This document shows positions 38,168 to 54,863 of a DNA stretch of 64,000 nt, piece by piece. The position numbers and the translations under genes were made by a program. Where the stretch lies: the NCBI GenBank assembly GCA_043228905.1, contig JBHGNT010000012.1:17112001-17176000 (forward strand), written 5' to 3'. A model generated the notes under the pieces. The model searched no databases, was not told the origin of the DNA, and saw only the letters and a list, made by a program, of their open reading frames with translations. How positions within the stretch are numbered: position 1 is the first letter of the stretch; the number at the start of each line of letters is the position of its first letter. Origin of the DNA: Azolla caroliniana (taxonomy: Eukaryota; Plantae; Polypodiophyta).

Positions 38168-38559
38168 GGCGGGGAGGATGCCGTCCGATTCTCGCCTTCT
38201 ATCTTTAGGTACCTGGTGGGAAAAGATGGGGGAGCAGCGATGGCGATGGCGATGGCGAAATTGGTGAAGCTCGAACCTGCGCAGTCCAGAACACTGCAGA
38301 CAGACAAGGCGAGAGGAGGAAGGAGAAGATAAGTTCACACACAAAAAGGAGGAAGTGAAGAAGGCAAAAGCTCACAGACACACAGACAGAGAAGATTAGG
38401 AGGAGGATGAAAAAAGCTCATATACACAGGAGAAATGGAGGTCGAGAAGAGGGAAGGTAGTCAGAGGAGAAAAGGAAGCAGGAGAAGAAGAAGAAGAAGA
38501 TGATCATGAAGAAGAAGAAGAAGAAGAGGAAGAAGAGATGGAGTCGATTCATGGGCAGA

Positions 38560-38700
38560 CGGAGAGGCAGACATGACTGACAGACAGACACAGACAGAGA
38601 GACACAGAAACAGAAGCAGAAGCAGAAGATCACTGGTCCGGAGAAGAAGAAGAAGAAGAAGAAGAAGAAGAAGAAGACCAAATGGTTCCCAGAGAGAGAA

Positions 38701-38739
<39 letters not shown>

Positions 38740-39743
38740 AGAGCAGTGTGTGTGTGTGTGTGTGTCTGTAGAGAGAGACACACAGAGGGTAGAGGGAGAG
38801 TCTAGAGAGAGAGAGAGAGAGAGAACAGAGCAGTGTGTGTGTGTGTGTCTGTAGAGAGAGACACACAGAGGGTAGAGGGAGAGTCTAGAGAGAGAGAGAG
38901 AGAGAACAGAGCAGTGTGTGTGTGTGTGTGTCTGTAGAGAGAGACACACAGAGGGTAGAGGGAGGATCTAGAGAGAGACACAGACGGAGAACAGAGCAGA
39001 GCAGTGTGTGTGTGTGTGTGTGTCTGTAGAGAGAGACAGAGGCAGAATCTAGAGAGAGACACAGACGGAGAAAAGAGCAGAGCAGTGCGTGTGTGTGTGT
39101 GTGTGTGTCTGTAGAGAGAGACACACACACACAAACGGAGAGCAGAGCAGAGCTGTGTGTGTGTGTCTGTAGAGAGAGAATCTTGAGACAGACACAGAGG
39201 GTAGAGGGAGAGTCTAGAGAGAGATACACACGGAAAACAGAGCAGAGCAGTGTGTGTGTGGCTCTGCCTGTCTGTAGAGAGAGACACACAGAGGAGAGAC
39301 AGAGGGTAGAGGGAGAATCTAGAGAGAGAGACAGACACGGAGAGGGTGCAGATCGTAGAGATAGATAGAGTCTAGAGAGAGAAGGACACGCGGACGGGGG
39401 GGCGCCGAGTGTAGAATGAGAGTCTAGAGAGAGAGAGAGAGAAGTTAGAGAGAGAATCTAGAGAGAGAGACACGAACAGGGTGCCGATTTAGAGGTAGAG
39501 TCTAGAGAGAGGGTAGAGAGAGAATCTAGAGAGAGACAGACACGAACAGGGTGCCGATTTAGAGGTAGAGTCTAGAGAGAGACTCTAGAGAGAGAGAGAG
39601 AGGAAGGGAGAGAGGAAGGCGTGTGCGTCCGTGTGTCTAGAGAGAGGATGTGCGCGTGCGTCTAGAGAGAGGATGGCACATGATCGGACTCGCGCGCATG
39701 CATGCATGCATGCATGCGTTCTAGAGAGAGGATGTGCGGCTCT

Positions 39744-39775
<32 letters not shown>

Positions 39776-39780
39776 CGCGC
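38560..39780. repeat. Compound (GA)n/(GT)n/(GAA)n microsatellite array with higher-order ~62-70 bp units containing TCTAGA
   Basis: Recurring CAGAGCAG(TG)nTCTGTAGAGAGAGACACACAGAGGGTAGAGGGAGAGTCTAGAGA units. Confidence 0.9.
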
Positions 39781-40424
39781 ATTGTGCAGTGTGCATTTCT
39801 TCCATTTGTTTTTTTTATTATTATTCTAGTACATTTGCTATTTATTTATTATTTTATTGTTAAAAACTAGTATTCTATTTTTGGGGCTATTTTATTTATT
39901 CTACTCGCGTAGCTCGCTTATTATTATTATTTTAACATGGCCATTTTATTATATTTATTGCTATTTTTTTATTTGTATCGCTATTTGAGTATTTTATCCC
40001 CTATTTTTTTATTATTCTGTCGCTATTTCGATTATTTTATCCCCCAATTTGGGGTTCTTTTTTATTTATTATTTGTTTTTAATTGCTGTTCGATTCATTT
40101 ATTATTTGGTTTATTTGGATTCTGACATTTCCTCTCTTTTTTATTATCTTTTTTGGTTTGTTTGGCGGGGGGAGATCCTTTTATTTTATATATTTCTTTT
40201 TATTAGGCCAAAATTATAGCTAATTAATTCACTTATTTATATTTCTGTCCTCGCCTTCTTCTTTTTCTGACCCCCCTCCCTCCCAAAATCGATGCCCGAA
40301 GTGTCATATTTAATAATTTTAAAAGGAAACATAAATAAAAATTTAATTAAAAGCTTCTCACTTTTTGTTTTTGGCGAGCCCGTGCAAAAGCAAAAGCGGA
40401 GGGAAGGGCCCCACTCGCTCTGAC

Positions 40425-40450
40425 TCGCACGTGCGAATCTCACACGTGTG
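40425..40450. promoter_or_regulatory. Two palindromic G-box/BRRE sites upstream of the BZR gene
   Basis: TCGCACGTGCGA at 40425-40436 and CACACGTGTG at 40441-40450. Confidence 0.45.
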
Positions 40451-40554
40451 CTTTTCCCCCTGCCCCCAAGGCCCCAAAAGATGCGTGGGGTACCCTTCTC
40501 TATCAAAGCTTTATGAAATTCCTATTACACCCCTCTGCCCCTTTCACAATATCA

Positions 40555-41125
40555 TGTGTATATACATATAGTAAAGAATGTACATATGTATGAATGTGTG
40601 TATGTATTTATGTATGATTATGCATGTATGAATGTATGTAGGTATGTATGTATGTATGATTATGCATGTATGAATGTATGTATGTATGTATGTATGTATG
40701 TATGTATGTATGTATGTATGTGTATGTAATATAGGTATGCAATGTATGTGTGTGTATGTATGTATGTATGTGTATGTAATATAGGTATGCAATGTATGTG
40801 TGTGTATGTATGCATATGAATGTATGTATGTATGTATGTGTGTATGTAATGTAGGTATGTATGTATAATGTATGTATGTATGTATGTATGTATATGAAGG
40901 AATGTATGTATGTATGCATGTGCATATGTATGTATGTGTGTAAGTATGCATATGTATGTGTATGTATGTATGTATGTATGCATGTGCATATGTATTTATG
41001 TATGCAAATGCATGTGAATATGTATGTATGTATGCAAATGCATGTGCATATGTATGTATGTATGTATTTATGCTTTTACATATGTATGTATGCATGTACA
41101 TATGTATGTATGTATGTATGTGGAT
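40555..41125. repeat. (TATG)n degenerate microsatellite
   Basis: About 570 bp of TATG/TGTA variants. Confidence 0.95.
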
Positions 41126-44100
41126 GACTCTTTACGTTTGGGTGTGGTGCTAAAAGCCTGAACACATTGGTCGGCCTGCCTTCAGCCTTCCACAATCTCT
41201 CGCCTTATGCCCGTCTTACTTTCATCATGCATGCAGATGCCCTTACGAAATGCATGACCTTCCGTAATCAAGGGTTTAATGCATGATCTTCTTGTATTAA
41301 CTTCACTATCGTTGGGTGGCTTACCAAATGTTTGACAATTGTCTAGGGTTGTCTCTCTTATCTTTTATCATAATTTGCTTGCCCTAGTTGTAAGTTCTTA
41401 GACTACTAAACTTGGGCCCTTTGCTCAAGGCTTGACTTTCGTACATCTCTATCATATCAAACATATTTTTCTTAATTTACTAGATACCATTGTGGAATGT
41501 AAAGGTTGAAGGAATGACTTAAATGGTCTCCATCGAACAACCTTACCAATTAGATCTCTTTTTTCTCGCAAATCTATGTTTGTGTTAAAACAAGATGATA
41601 ATACAAAACCTTGCTATCTCAATTACTTCATAAGTAGCAATATGGCAATGGCAAAGTAAACCCTCTCAAGTGTTGAGATGACATAATCTACCTCCTCTTG
41701 GGACAACATCCTCATAACCAATTAGCTCTTTCTCTCTCTCTCTCTCTCTCAGAAAAATAAGGGAACGTGAGCTACACCGCCTAGAAGCCATGGCTGGGGC
41801 ACTCTACATCGGGACCACGGATCACACCCACACCAAAACCCTTTATGACCTCCGACTTCTTTTGGAGAGGCTTGGGTGAAAATGAAAATAGGCTTAGTGC
41901 AAAGTCATTTCCTTTATCGAATGTATTACACCATACCACGTTTTGTACAGTACTAGAACTCTTTTATCTTAAGTTCTGTTTTTATTTTATTTATTTAGTT
42001 TTGATGATTGGATAAATACCCCATTTCGTTGTACACCAATTGTCTCATGGGCCAATTTTGGCCTTAGAAGACGTTGATCTCTCTCTCTCTCTCATCCCAT
42101 AGTTCAAACTTCATATATTGATAACCCATTTATCTCATTAGTTAAATTTCTTGGATATTGATTGTCAGTTATCAATTTACACCATGCAAAACTGTGCCCA
42201 TTCAATCTATCTAGTGGTAAGCTATTAGATTATCAATGTGAGATGATAGGGTAATATATGTTCGAATCCCCAATTCAATCTATCTAGTGGTAACCTATTA
42301 CATTGATTATTGACAAGAGGTAATAGGTTCAAATCCTCGTATCCCACGCTTTTTTGTTACACCATCTACTACCTCTTAACCTAAATGTCAAATCAATGTA
42401 TCGGACATATGACTTTTATGGTCTCCTAGCACATCTTTGCAGCACCATATATTACGTCTCTAAAGGACATGGCACATCAATGCATCTAACTAAAGTCATC
42501 GTGGTCTCAAAACAGTTGACAAAACCATCTCAACAATTGGTCAATTGGCTAACCCAATCTCTCCCTCTTTTGTTCTCTCTAGCCATACCTTTAACATATC
42601 CACTTATTCATTAAACCTAATTAGTGTTTTGCTCCTTCAATTAATTAGCATTCACCAATTTGATGAGCTCCCGCATAATTCTAGGCATAGTACAAGAATA
42701 GAGCAATGAGATTTACAAACATTCATAGGCTACGCACTTTATGTTGTGCAAACCACCAAAGGGTGTGTGTCATGTGATGCCACAGAAGGTCGTGAAAGAT
42801 GACATCAGAAAAAGGCAAGGAAGTCTCATACTCTTTCAACAAAAGTTTTGAAGAGGTTGTGAGTGGCATGGGATCTCTTCAACTATCAAGCAACATTTGT
42901 ACTGCCTCTCTATCTCTAAGTTATTGGGCTTTGGACCATAAATATCATATCGGAGCTTGTATTCTCCTTCATTGAAATTACTAAATCACTTTAGTGATTA
43001 CGATATGTCACACACTCAGGTCAAATTTGGCCTCCTCGTGGACGATAAAAACTCTATTCTATTCTCTCTCTCTCTCTCTTTTATGGCCATTGGCCTCTTT
43101 AGAGACATTAATATGCTTCTTAAGTAGTGTTCCTCTCTCTCTAGGCTCTCTCATCTACTCTTTTGAAGGAAACATTCATCGTTCCCATGTCTTTAGCTAG
43201 TAAATTATTTTTACTAAGTAGTATCATTCTATGTCTCTCAAGTTCCCAACAACCTCAAAGAGCCTAATAAGTAAATATAAGCTCGAAGTTTCCCTTCCTT
43301 GAAAGTCGAAGCTAGTCGAGTCAAGATTGCCTTGTTTATTACTCTTTGTCCTAGGCTCTCTCTATCACACACACATTGACTAATATCAACAATTATTTCT
43401 TACCATTGCCTCTCTAAAGACCCTATCCTCTAATTGCACTAGATTGATTAGTTTTGTGAATTCAGTCAATTTAAAATTGGATGGTTTTTGGGTCAACCCA
43501 TAATTATAGAGGTATACTGGTAGTTTTCCATAGTTTCTATCAATTACGTTCATTACTATACCATGTGTCCAAGATCGGGTCATATGACTAAAGCACCTTC
43601 TAAATCTGATTCTATAAGCCCCAATAGATAATTAACAAAGGCCTTGGGTGAGGAAGTTAAGCCTTTGGATTTCTTGTCTATGAAAGTATTGTGCAACAAC
43701 CTCTTGGTATGTTTTCCAATATACCCATGTCTTCTTACTCCTTTACATTCATTGTTCACATTGTTAAATCGTTAATGATAATCATCACATTATAAAGAGT
43801 GCTCGAATGCATTAATTAAAATTGTAAAAATATCGACACTTTGGAGTGGTGTTTTGAGATTATAAGAAATGGTTTCATGAGGTAGAGGATGACCATAAGG
43901 AACGCTCTCATAGGAGCAATGTGGTGTAACGACTACCTGAAAATCCCTCACACGAGCTACTATGATTTGGGAATAATTAGTTTGATAGGAAATAAGTTCA
44001 CCCACTCATTTAAACTAATATATCCAAGACATTCGTTAGTTTTTACTATTTCTACACATGATCTGTCACCATTTTTTTTCCTAAGTGTGACTTGGACCTT

Positions 44101-45264
44101 GGACTATGCTAATTCAACGATGCCTAGGATAAATAGATGAACACTTCAATAATGGTAATAAACATTTCCCAAAAGCGAGTGCACGCATATCGTGGTAACT
44201 TAGAAACAAGTCGTAAGTTTGTCCTAATTGACATAAAAGTTACCTTTGACATCCTAGACTCGCCAAGGATTAAATTATTGATGGCGAAATTGACAGAACA
44301 ATGATAGTATTACCATCAAGTTTTGATTGTTTACTCTTGTTTGTGACATTAGGATGTAATGACCATGAAAGGGCCCCTCCCCTTTACCATCATCATCCTA
44401 CACACTTTTAGAAAATTTCCAGCATGTAAAATTTATTTTACCTTAATGAGGAACAAAAGGGAGCAAGGCCTTACTTATACTACTCTACAATGACTCTACA
44501 AGGCTGACCATTGTAATGGATAAGTCCATGATGAATGAACACCTCAATAATGGAGCTAGAGATAAAGTGGTTTTTTCTTGATCGTTTTAACAAGTACATG
44601 ATCAAAAGTGCACACATATCTTTCAATCTTTCAGTTGTACAATGTCATATTTATTTAGCCCATCTCCACTTAGTATATTGTCTTCTTTTGATAAGGTTGG
44701 ATGCATATCATGCATTTTAATATTTATGATGCTTGAAATATATCAAAAAAGTCCCAAGTGTCTAACCTTCTAAGGCAATTTGATGTTCCACAAGTGCTTT
44801 GCTACGTGGCTATATTCTAATTTGCATATAATATTGAGTCGGCCAAGATTCATAAATTGCACGACAATGCCCAAGAAACACAAATGAAACCATCACCACT
44901 TTTTTCAGAAAGATTGTTTTTTTCATACATGGAATTCAATTTTATCATAACTAACCAATGAGTACATTGTGTGCCATTCGTAAGGCATGACAAACCGTTT
45001 AACTATGTAGTAGTTGCTAGGTAGATATAGTAGGAGGGTATTTCGGCATGACTACTTGTAAAAACAATTCCACATGATTTGATGTAGGGAGCAATTTATC
45101 CTTATTTGTTATTTTGTGACAAAATATACATAGATATACATGTCACACAATGACCTTTTGATTGGTCCAAATGAGTCTTTGGTTTGATGTGTGGATGCAC
45201 ATGCAATGTCATGTATCTTTTGCATTGTACTAGTATAATTTGGAGAAATTCAACCAATTTGCTC

Positions 45265-45615
45265 TACTGGTTTCCAAGAAAGTTTAATTGACACATAAAG
45301 ATCTTATTGAGTTCAAGTGGAGGTTAGAAGATAAGAATGCCTATGCTAATAATGTAAAGAACATAGTGTGATTAAATACATGTCGGTTTGACGGACCAAC
45401 CTATTAGATGACGGAGATGAACAATACACTTAATGCATGTGCCATTGGTTTTCAAGAAAGTTTAATTGACACATAAAGAGCTTATTGAGTTCAAGTGGAG
45501 GTTAAAGACAAGAATGCCTATACTAATAATGTAAAGAACATAGTGTGATTAAATACACATAGGTTTGACAGACCGACCTATAAGATGAAGGAGGTGAAGA
45601 ATACCGATGCATGTT
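45265..45615 (+). repeat. Tandem duplication, ~179-bp unit
   Basis: CAAGAAAGTTTAATTGACACATAAAGA..CTTATTGAGTTCAAGTGGAGGTTA occurs twice. Confidence 0.85.
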
Positions 45616-48519
45616 ACCATTATATACAAACCAACAATAGCTAAAAAAGGATAATGGGTTTGATCCAAAGGTGTAAATAGTAGATATTACCAAAAAGTAG
45701 GCATAGGTTCTAGGAAGATGACAATTCATATATTATCAATATGACAAGATGATATCCTCGTGATGAAATATCACAAGATGACATATTACAATTATAGTTG
45801 GACAAGAGACATGTATGTCAAACTAGCGAGCCACGATGTTGAAAAACGAAGAAGGCGCCAATGGATTCAATAGGCACTATAGAGATCTCAAACACTTTAG
45901 AGGCTACAAGTAGACATCCAAGTTCATTTACTCAAGCACTTGTTGTATCCATGTAGGAACAAGTCTACAATCAAGCAATGCTTTCCAAGGAATGTGTAAA
46001 TGATCCAGCCACAAATATGAAAATCAAAAGCAAGAGGGATATATGGATGGAAGACAAGAATAGATCAAAGTTTCATTCTATAAATAGGATAAGTTCCAAA
46101 TTCACCATTTAGATAGATAGAAAGAGACCCTCTATGTGGTAGCCACACCCTCCCTTTAATTGTTTGGTGAATTTGGACACCCTCCCTTCCAAATAGGATA
46201 AGTTCCAAGTTCACCATTATATTGTAGCCACACCCTCCCTTTAATTTTCCCCATTGTAGAGATTCTTTGTTGGTTTTATCTCATAATGAGGTTTCATAGA
46301 ACAAAGTGTGTTAAATTACAGTCTATGAGTGGCAAGCATACATTGGTGTAAAATAGCTAGTACAAAATTTTTACAAGCATTGAGTATGAATAAACATAAG
46401 ATAATTGTTATGGCGGATAAATTGCAGATACTCTATCTTAAACTTTGAGAATCTATATGTTTTTCTAAACACAAACGGCAAATAAATGTACATGGAATCA
46501 CATTTTACTCCAACAACTGGAAGTAAACAAAGTAAAGATGCTTGTAATGTTTTCACCACCATTTTTGAACGATGAAATTTGGGGTTTTGGTCATATTCTG
46601 GTTAGCATTGTTAAAAAATATAATATAATGTGTAGATGCATCAACATTTTGGGTTTATGCCCTTCGAGATGGAATTGACAAGAATGTTTTCGTTAAGTGA
46701 AGGTAGTTGTTGGCCACTGAATGCAAGACTACGCAAAAAGACATGCATGTTCCCAAAAGCTTATCAACTAGTCATATTGGGATTTTTGCACCCTTGACAT
46801 TGAGTGGTAATTTATGCTTCCTCCGACATTTGGGGGATTCTTTCTTTATGATTTTTGGTAGTTTGTCCCACATTTGTACAATGATTTAAAACCTTCACCT
46901 TTCTTCATCATTTCGCTAAAAAGGACATGAACCTCTAATTCAAGGAATTTCACTCTGTTTCTATCGTTTGGAGAAGTGAAAAAAATCAATGGTGATTCGG
47001 GTCTGAAAGTTAGTTATGTCCAAACTAGTTGCTATAGTTTCAAGATTACACGTAATTAGAATGACTCATATCATCTTATCCACGTTAGTTTATTGTAGTG
47101 GGGTTGATAGTAGGTATGGGCTATTGTAATTGTGTCAATGGCAGTTGGCTTCAGTAGGTTGTGGAGGTTTGTGAATACAAGGGAGATGGAGGTGATTCAT
47201 TGTATTTGTGGCCTCTATTGATATTGTTGTCATGATTGATATTGGCATTGTTAGTGTCATAGGTGTTCTGAGGTGATCTCACATACCGATGGATATGACT
47301 CTTTTTCAGACCTACAACCTTTGCTAGAGCATGTGAATGTAAAACAACTACTCTTTGTTAAAGCAAATGTGGGTTCTTTACAAGAGTTGTGGGTGTTGTT
47401 AGATCGCATGCTTTTTGCAAGAGTGCATGGGATTGTGAACAGGTGGGTGATTTGTGAGCCATGTTCTTTGCTAGAACGTGTGTTGTGAGATGAACATGTA
47501 CACTTTGATAGGGTATATATGCGATGGGTGACCGTGTGTTCATTGTTTGAGTAGAAGGGACAAATGTTCTTTGCTAGAGTGCATGGGGTGGGGAAGTGTG
47601 GCACCATGCTCTTTGCTAGAGAACATCTTCACTCCTCAAGTGTGTTAGTCTTCAAAAATGTTGGTTTTTGGTTGTCCTTGATTTCTATTATCATTATCAT
47701 CTAAATATTCAACTGGGTGTGATCATGTGGTCTTTGTCAAACCTTTGGGTTTCTTTTGCTAAGGATGGGATATTCTTTGAGCCCCTTTTTGGCCATGTCA
47801 ATGTCCTTTGTATGGTTTTTTGTTTGGGCGCATTGTTGTTTTTTGTGAACATATGGAGTTTTGTAGGCATATAGTGCACTTCCGGGACAGTTCAACTAAA
47901 TGTGAGATGTCTGTTATGTCTTGCGAACACACTGGTCTAATGTAAAACATCTTGTGTCTTGTGAATGATGAACACATTACTCCTTGATCGATCAATATGT
48001 GGGTCATCTTATGCGGATGTGACTCTAAATTGCGAATCTGTAACTCAATGGTGAGAACAAGTGTGGTAACACACTACTAGAGAACGCGACGATGTTTATT
48101 GGTGATGAAAGGGAGTGGGACTTGTTGCAAAAGTGAGAATGTGTGGGATGACAATTGCCCAGGTGAGGATGGAGTTAGAGATGGTGATGATGCAAGTGAA
48201 GGCGTGGAGTGAGGACTCCAACATTCTTTACGTTGTTTATTACCTTTTTCTTTCTCAATAGGTGATGTACATATTTAGCAAGGGAGATACATGAAATCAG
48301 CATAAACAAGAGAGGGAGAGATAGACAAACAAACAGGTTCTACAATCAACAGAAGAGATCAAATAGAACCAATGGGACCAAAAATGGAACATTTTCATAT
48401 TGTGGCTAAGTAGTGACTCTAGAAGATTAATAATTTGGTTTATGAATGTTGAGATTGAAGGCACACACACTATGACTAAGAGAGAAATTTGTGCACAAAC
48501 TAGATTAGATTGGAAATGT

Positions 48520-48920
48520 GTGGAAAGCATTATATCAAATTGCAAACTCAGGTCCATGAACTTTGTTCAATGTACAATATGCATTTTTACCATAATTGTT
48601 GGAGGAGCATTATATCAAATTGCAAACTCAGGTCCATGAACTTTGTTCAATGTACAATATGCATTTTTACCATAATTGTTGGAGGAGCATTATATCAAAT
48701 TGCAAACTCAGATTCATGAACTTGTTGAATGTACAATACACATGTTATTATAATTGTTGGAAGAGCATTGTATCAAATTGCAAACTCAGATTCATGAATT
48801 TGTTCAATGAAAAAAAACGAACTTTATCATTATAGTTGGAGGAGCATTATATCAAATTGCAAACTCAGATTCATGAATTTTCAGGACACAATATGCATTT
48901 TACCACAACCGTTGGACGAG
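48520..48920 (+). repeat. ~80-bp tandem repeat, 5 copies
   Basis: AGCATT(A/G)TATCAAATTGCAAACTCAG at 48526, 48606, 48686, 48764 and 48843. Confidence 0.93.
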
Positions 48921-49255
48921 AAAAGATAGGAAGAAGATTAGCGGCTGAGGGTGAAGACATTAAAAAACTGATCAGATGAGGATAATGAGTGGATTGGAGG
49001 AGGAAAATGAGCGTGGGAACAAACTCTTTAATTTTTTACCTTTTGAGTGTTACAGCAATTAACAGAAATGATTTATTAACAATGTGTCCACAAATGCTTC
49101 CCAAAGTCATGGCACATCGACCAGTTTAGAAAAGATACAAAGTTAGAGTAATATTGATCATTAAAAGGGAATCAAAGATATTGATGTTTTTTTTGTATGC
49201 TGGTTGGATATCCAATCACAACTGTTTTGTCATGATTCAAAAGGTCCTTGGAAAC

Positions 49256-53088
<3,833 letters not shown>

Positions 53089-53554
53089 GTCCTTCTGTCT
53101 CTCTGTCTCTGTCTCTGTCTCTCAATGTATCTGAGTCTGTGTTTTCTCTTCGTCTCAGTATGTATATGTACATACTCTGTTCTCACAGAGAGGTGCATTT
53201 TCCTCTCTCTACAAATGTAATTACTAATAATTAATACACACAAAATCCCATTTCCTCTCTCTTAGACATACATACTGATACATACATATGTATAATTTAT
53301 AAATGTAATGCAATTTTTCTTGAGGGATGGCACAAACCTCCTGGAAGAAGAAAGAATTGATTCTGGGGGCGGAGTCGCGACCAATTCTCAATTTGATTCT
53401 GTTGCCCACATAATGAATGAATGAATGAATGAATGAATCCATCGAGAGTCTCCGAATGTATCCGAGACTGTTGAACATGAAAGCCCAATATTTCTTATTA
53501 CCTCCCGAGAATAAGAAACTGAGTATCGTGACTTTGAGTGACACTAAGCAACTG

Positions 53555-54419
53555 TTGTAAGATTGAATGACTTGGGAAGCATGTGCCACACCCATAAAGT
53601 CTGCATTGATATTGAGGAGCTATTGGTAACAATTGGCAACGATTCGGTTTGAACGAAACCGAACTGTGAAATAGCAGCTTACCGGTTAAAACTGTTTGGT
53701 TTGGTTAAGTTCAGGTTTAGGTTTAGGTTTTTGTTAACGGTTCAGTTTGGTTTGTGGTTTACAAGTTTAGTTTGAGCCTTTATCGGTTTACCGGTTTTCA
53801 ATTAAAACGGTTTGATAGTTTAGGATTGACACTCAGTAATTTTCTTAAATATTTTTTTGAACATTTTAAGCCTAAATTTGATCTTTTAAGAAAAAACCTT
53901 AAATTTTGGAAAATTAAAATTTGAAATATTGAAAAATGTGAAATTTTGGATTTTGACCTAACTTGAAAACCAAAACCGAATCGCGAAACCATGGTTTTAA
54001 CGGTTTATAGGTTTGAATGTCTCTAAAACCGTTTGGTTTGAGCTTGAATTTTTTTTTGTAACGGTTTAGTTTAAATGGTTGTGGTTAAAACGGTTTCGTG
54101 GTTCGGTTCTATTCGATTTTAAATGATTTGAGTTTAACACTCTTGAACCAAACCAAACAGTTGTCAATTGCTAGCTATCGGATTAGATGACTTTGGGAAG
54201 CTTGCACATACCCATAAGAAGTCTGCATTGATACTTGGGAGTTATTAGATTAAATGACTTAGGAAGCATATTGAAATTTGATACCATGGAGCTATCAGAT
54301 TTGAATGACTTGCGAAGCATGCACATGCCCATAAGAAGCATGCATTGGTATTGAGGAGTTGTAAGATTGAATAACTTGGTAAGCATTCATGCACCCATAA
54401 GAAGTTTGTGCATTGATAG
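53555..54419 (+). repeat. ~65-bp degenerate tandem repeat interrupted by the MITE and the LTR element
   Basis: Units GATTGAATGACTTGGGAAGCATG..CCCATAAGAAG..TGCATTGATA..GAG; the array resumes briefly after 58740. Confidence 0.75.
53627..54173. mobile_element. hAT-type MITE
   Basis: Imperfect TIRs TAACAATTGGCAAC / GTTGTCAATTGCTA; 8-bp TSD GCTATTGG/GCTATCGG; many AACCG/CGGTT subterminal motifs; non-coding. Confidence 0.82.
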
Positions 54420-54863
54420 TGTTAGAGTTATGATAAGCATATGATAAGGATAAAAGATAGATAGATAGAAAGGAGAGAGAGAAAGAAGGGTGTTGATCCA
54501 CCCGACCACCCCTGAGCAAGGGGATCAAGACGGACTCAAGCCTCGATCAGCGTCCCATACCACCGTCGTGGCGTCAAGTCATACTTGGTGCTGGCGCGCT
54601 CGCTACAAGAGTTGACCCACCACGAAACAGAGTCTCGACATAGTCAAGATATCATGAAATGAGGGTAGCTAGGCCTCATATTTATAGCGATACCCAAGGC
54701 CCCAAGCAAGTTCACACTTGGCCTAATGGGTTGTCTCAATCCTGAGGATTAAAAGTAATCCTCCCCTTCTTTACAAGCTCGTTTAACCCTCACACTTATC
54801 CCCGTGTATAGAATACTACGGTAAATTCTCACCATGAGATATTATATGGTCATGCCCGTAACA

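Noticed and set aside
38461-39368. Several 80-180 aa ORFs
   Set aside because: Stop-free GA/GT microsatellite frames with no domain.
40544-41153. His/Thr/Tyr/Ile-rich ORFs
   Set aside because: Translations of the (TATG)n microsatellite.
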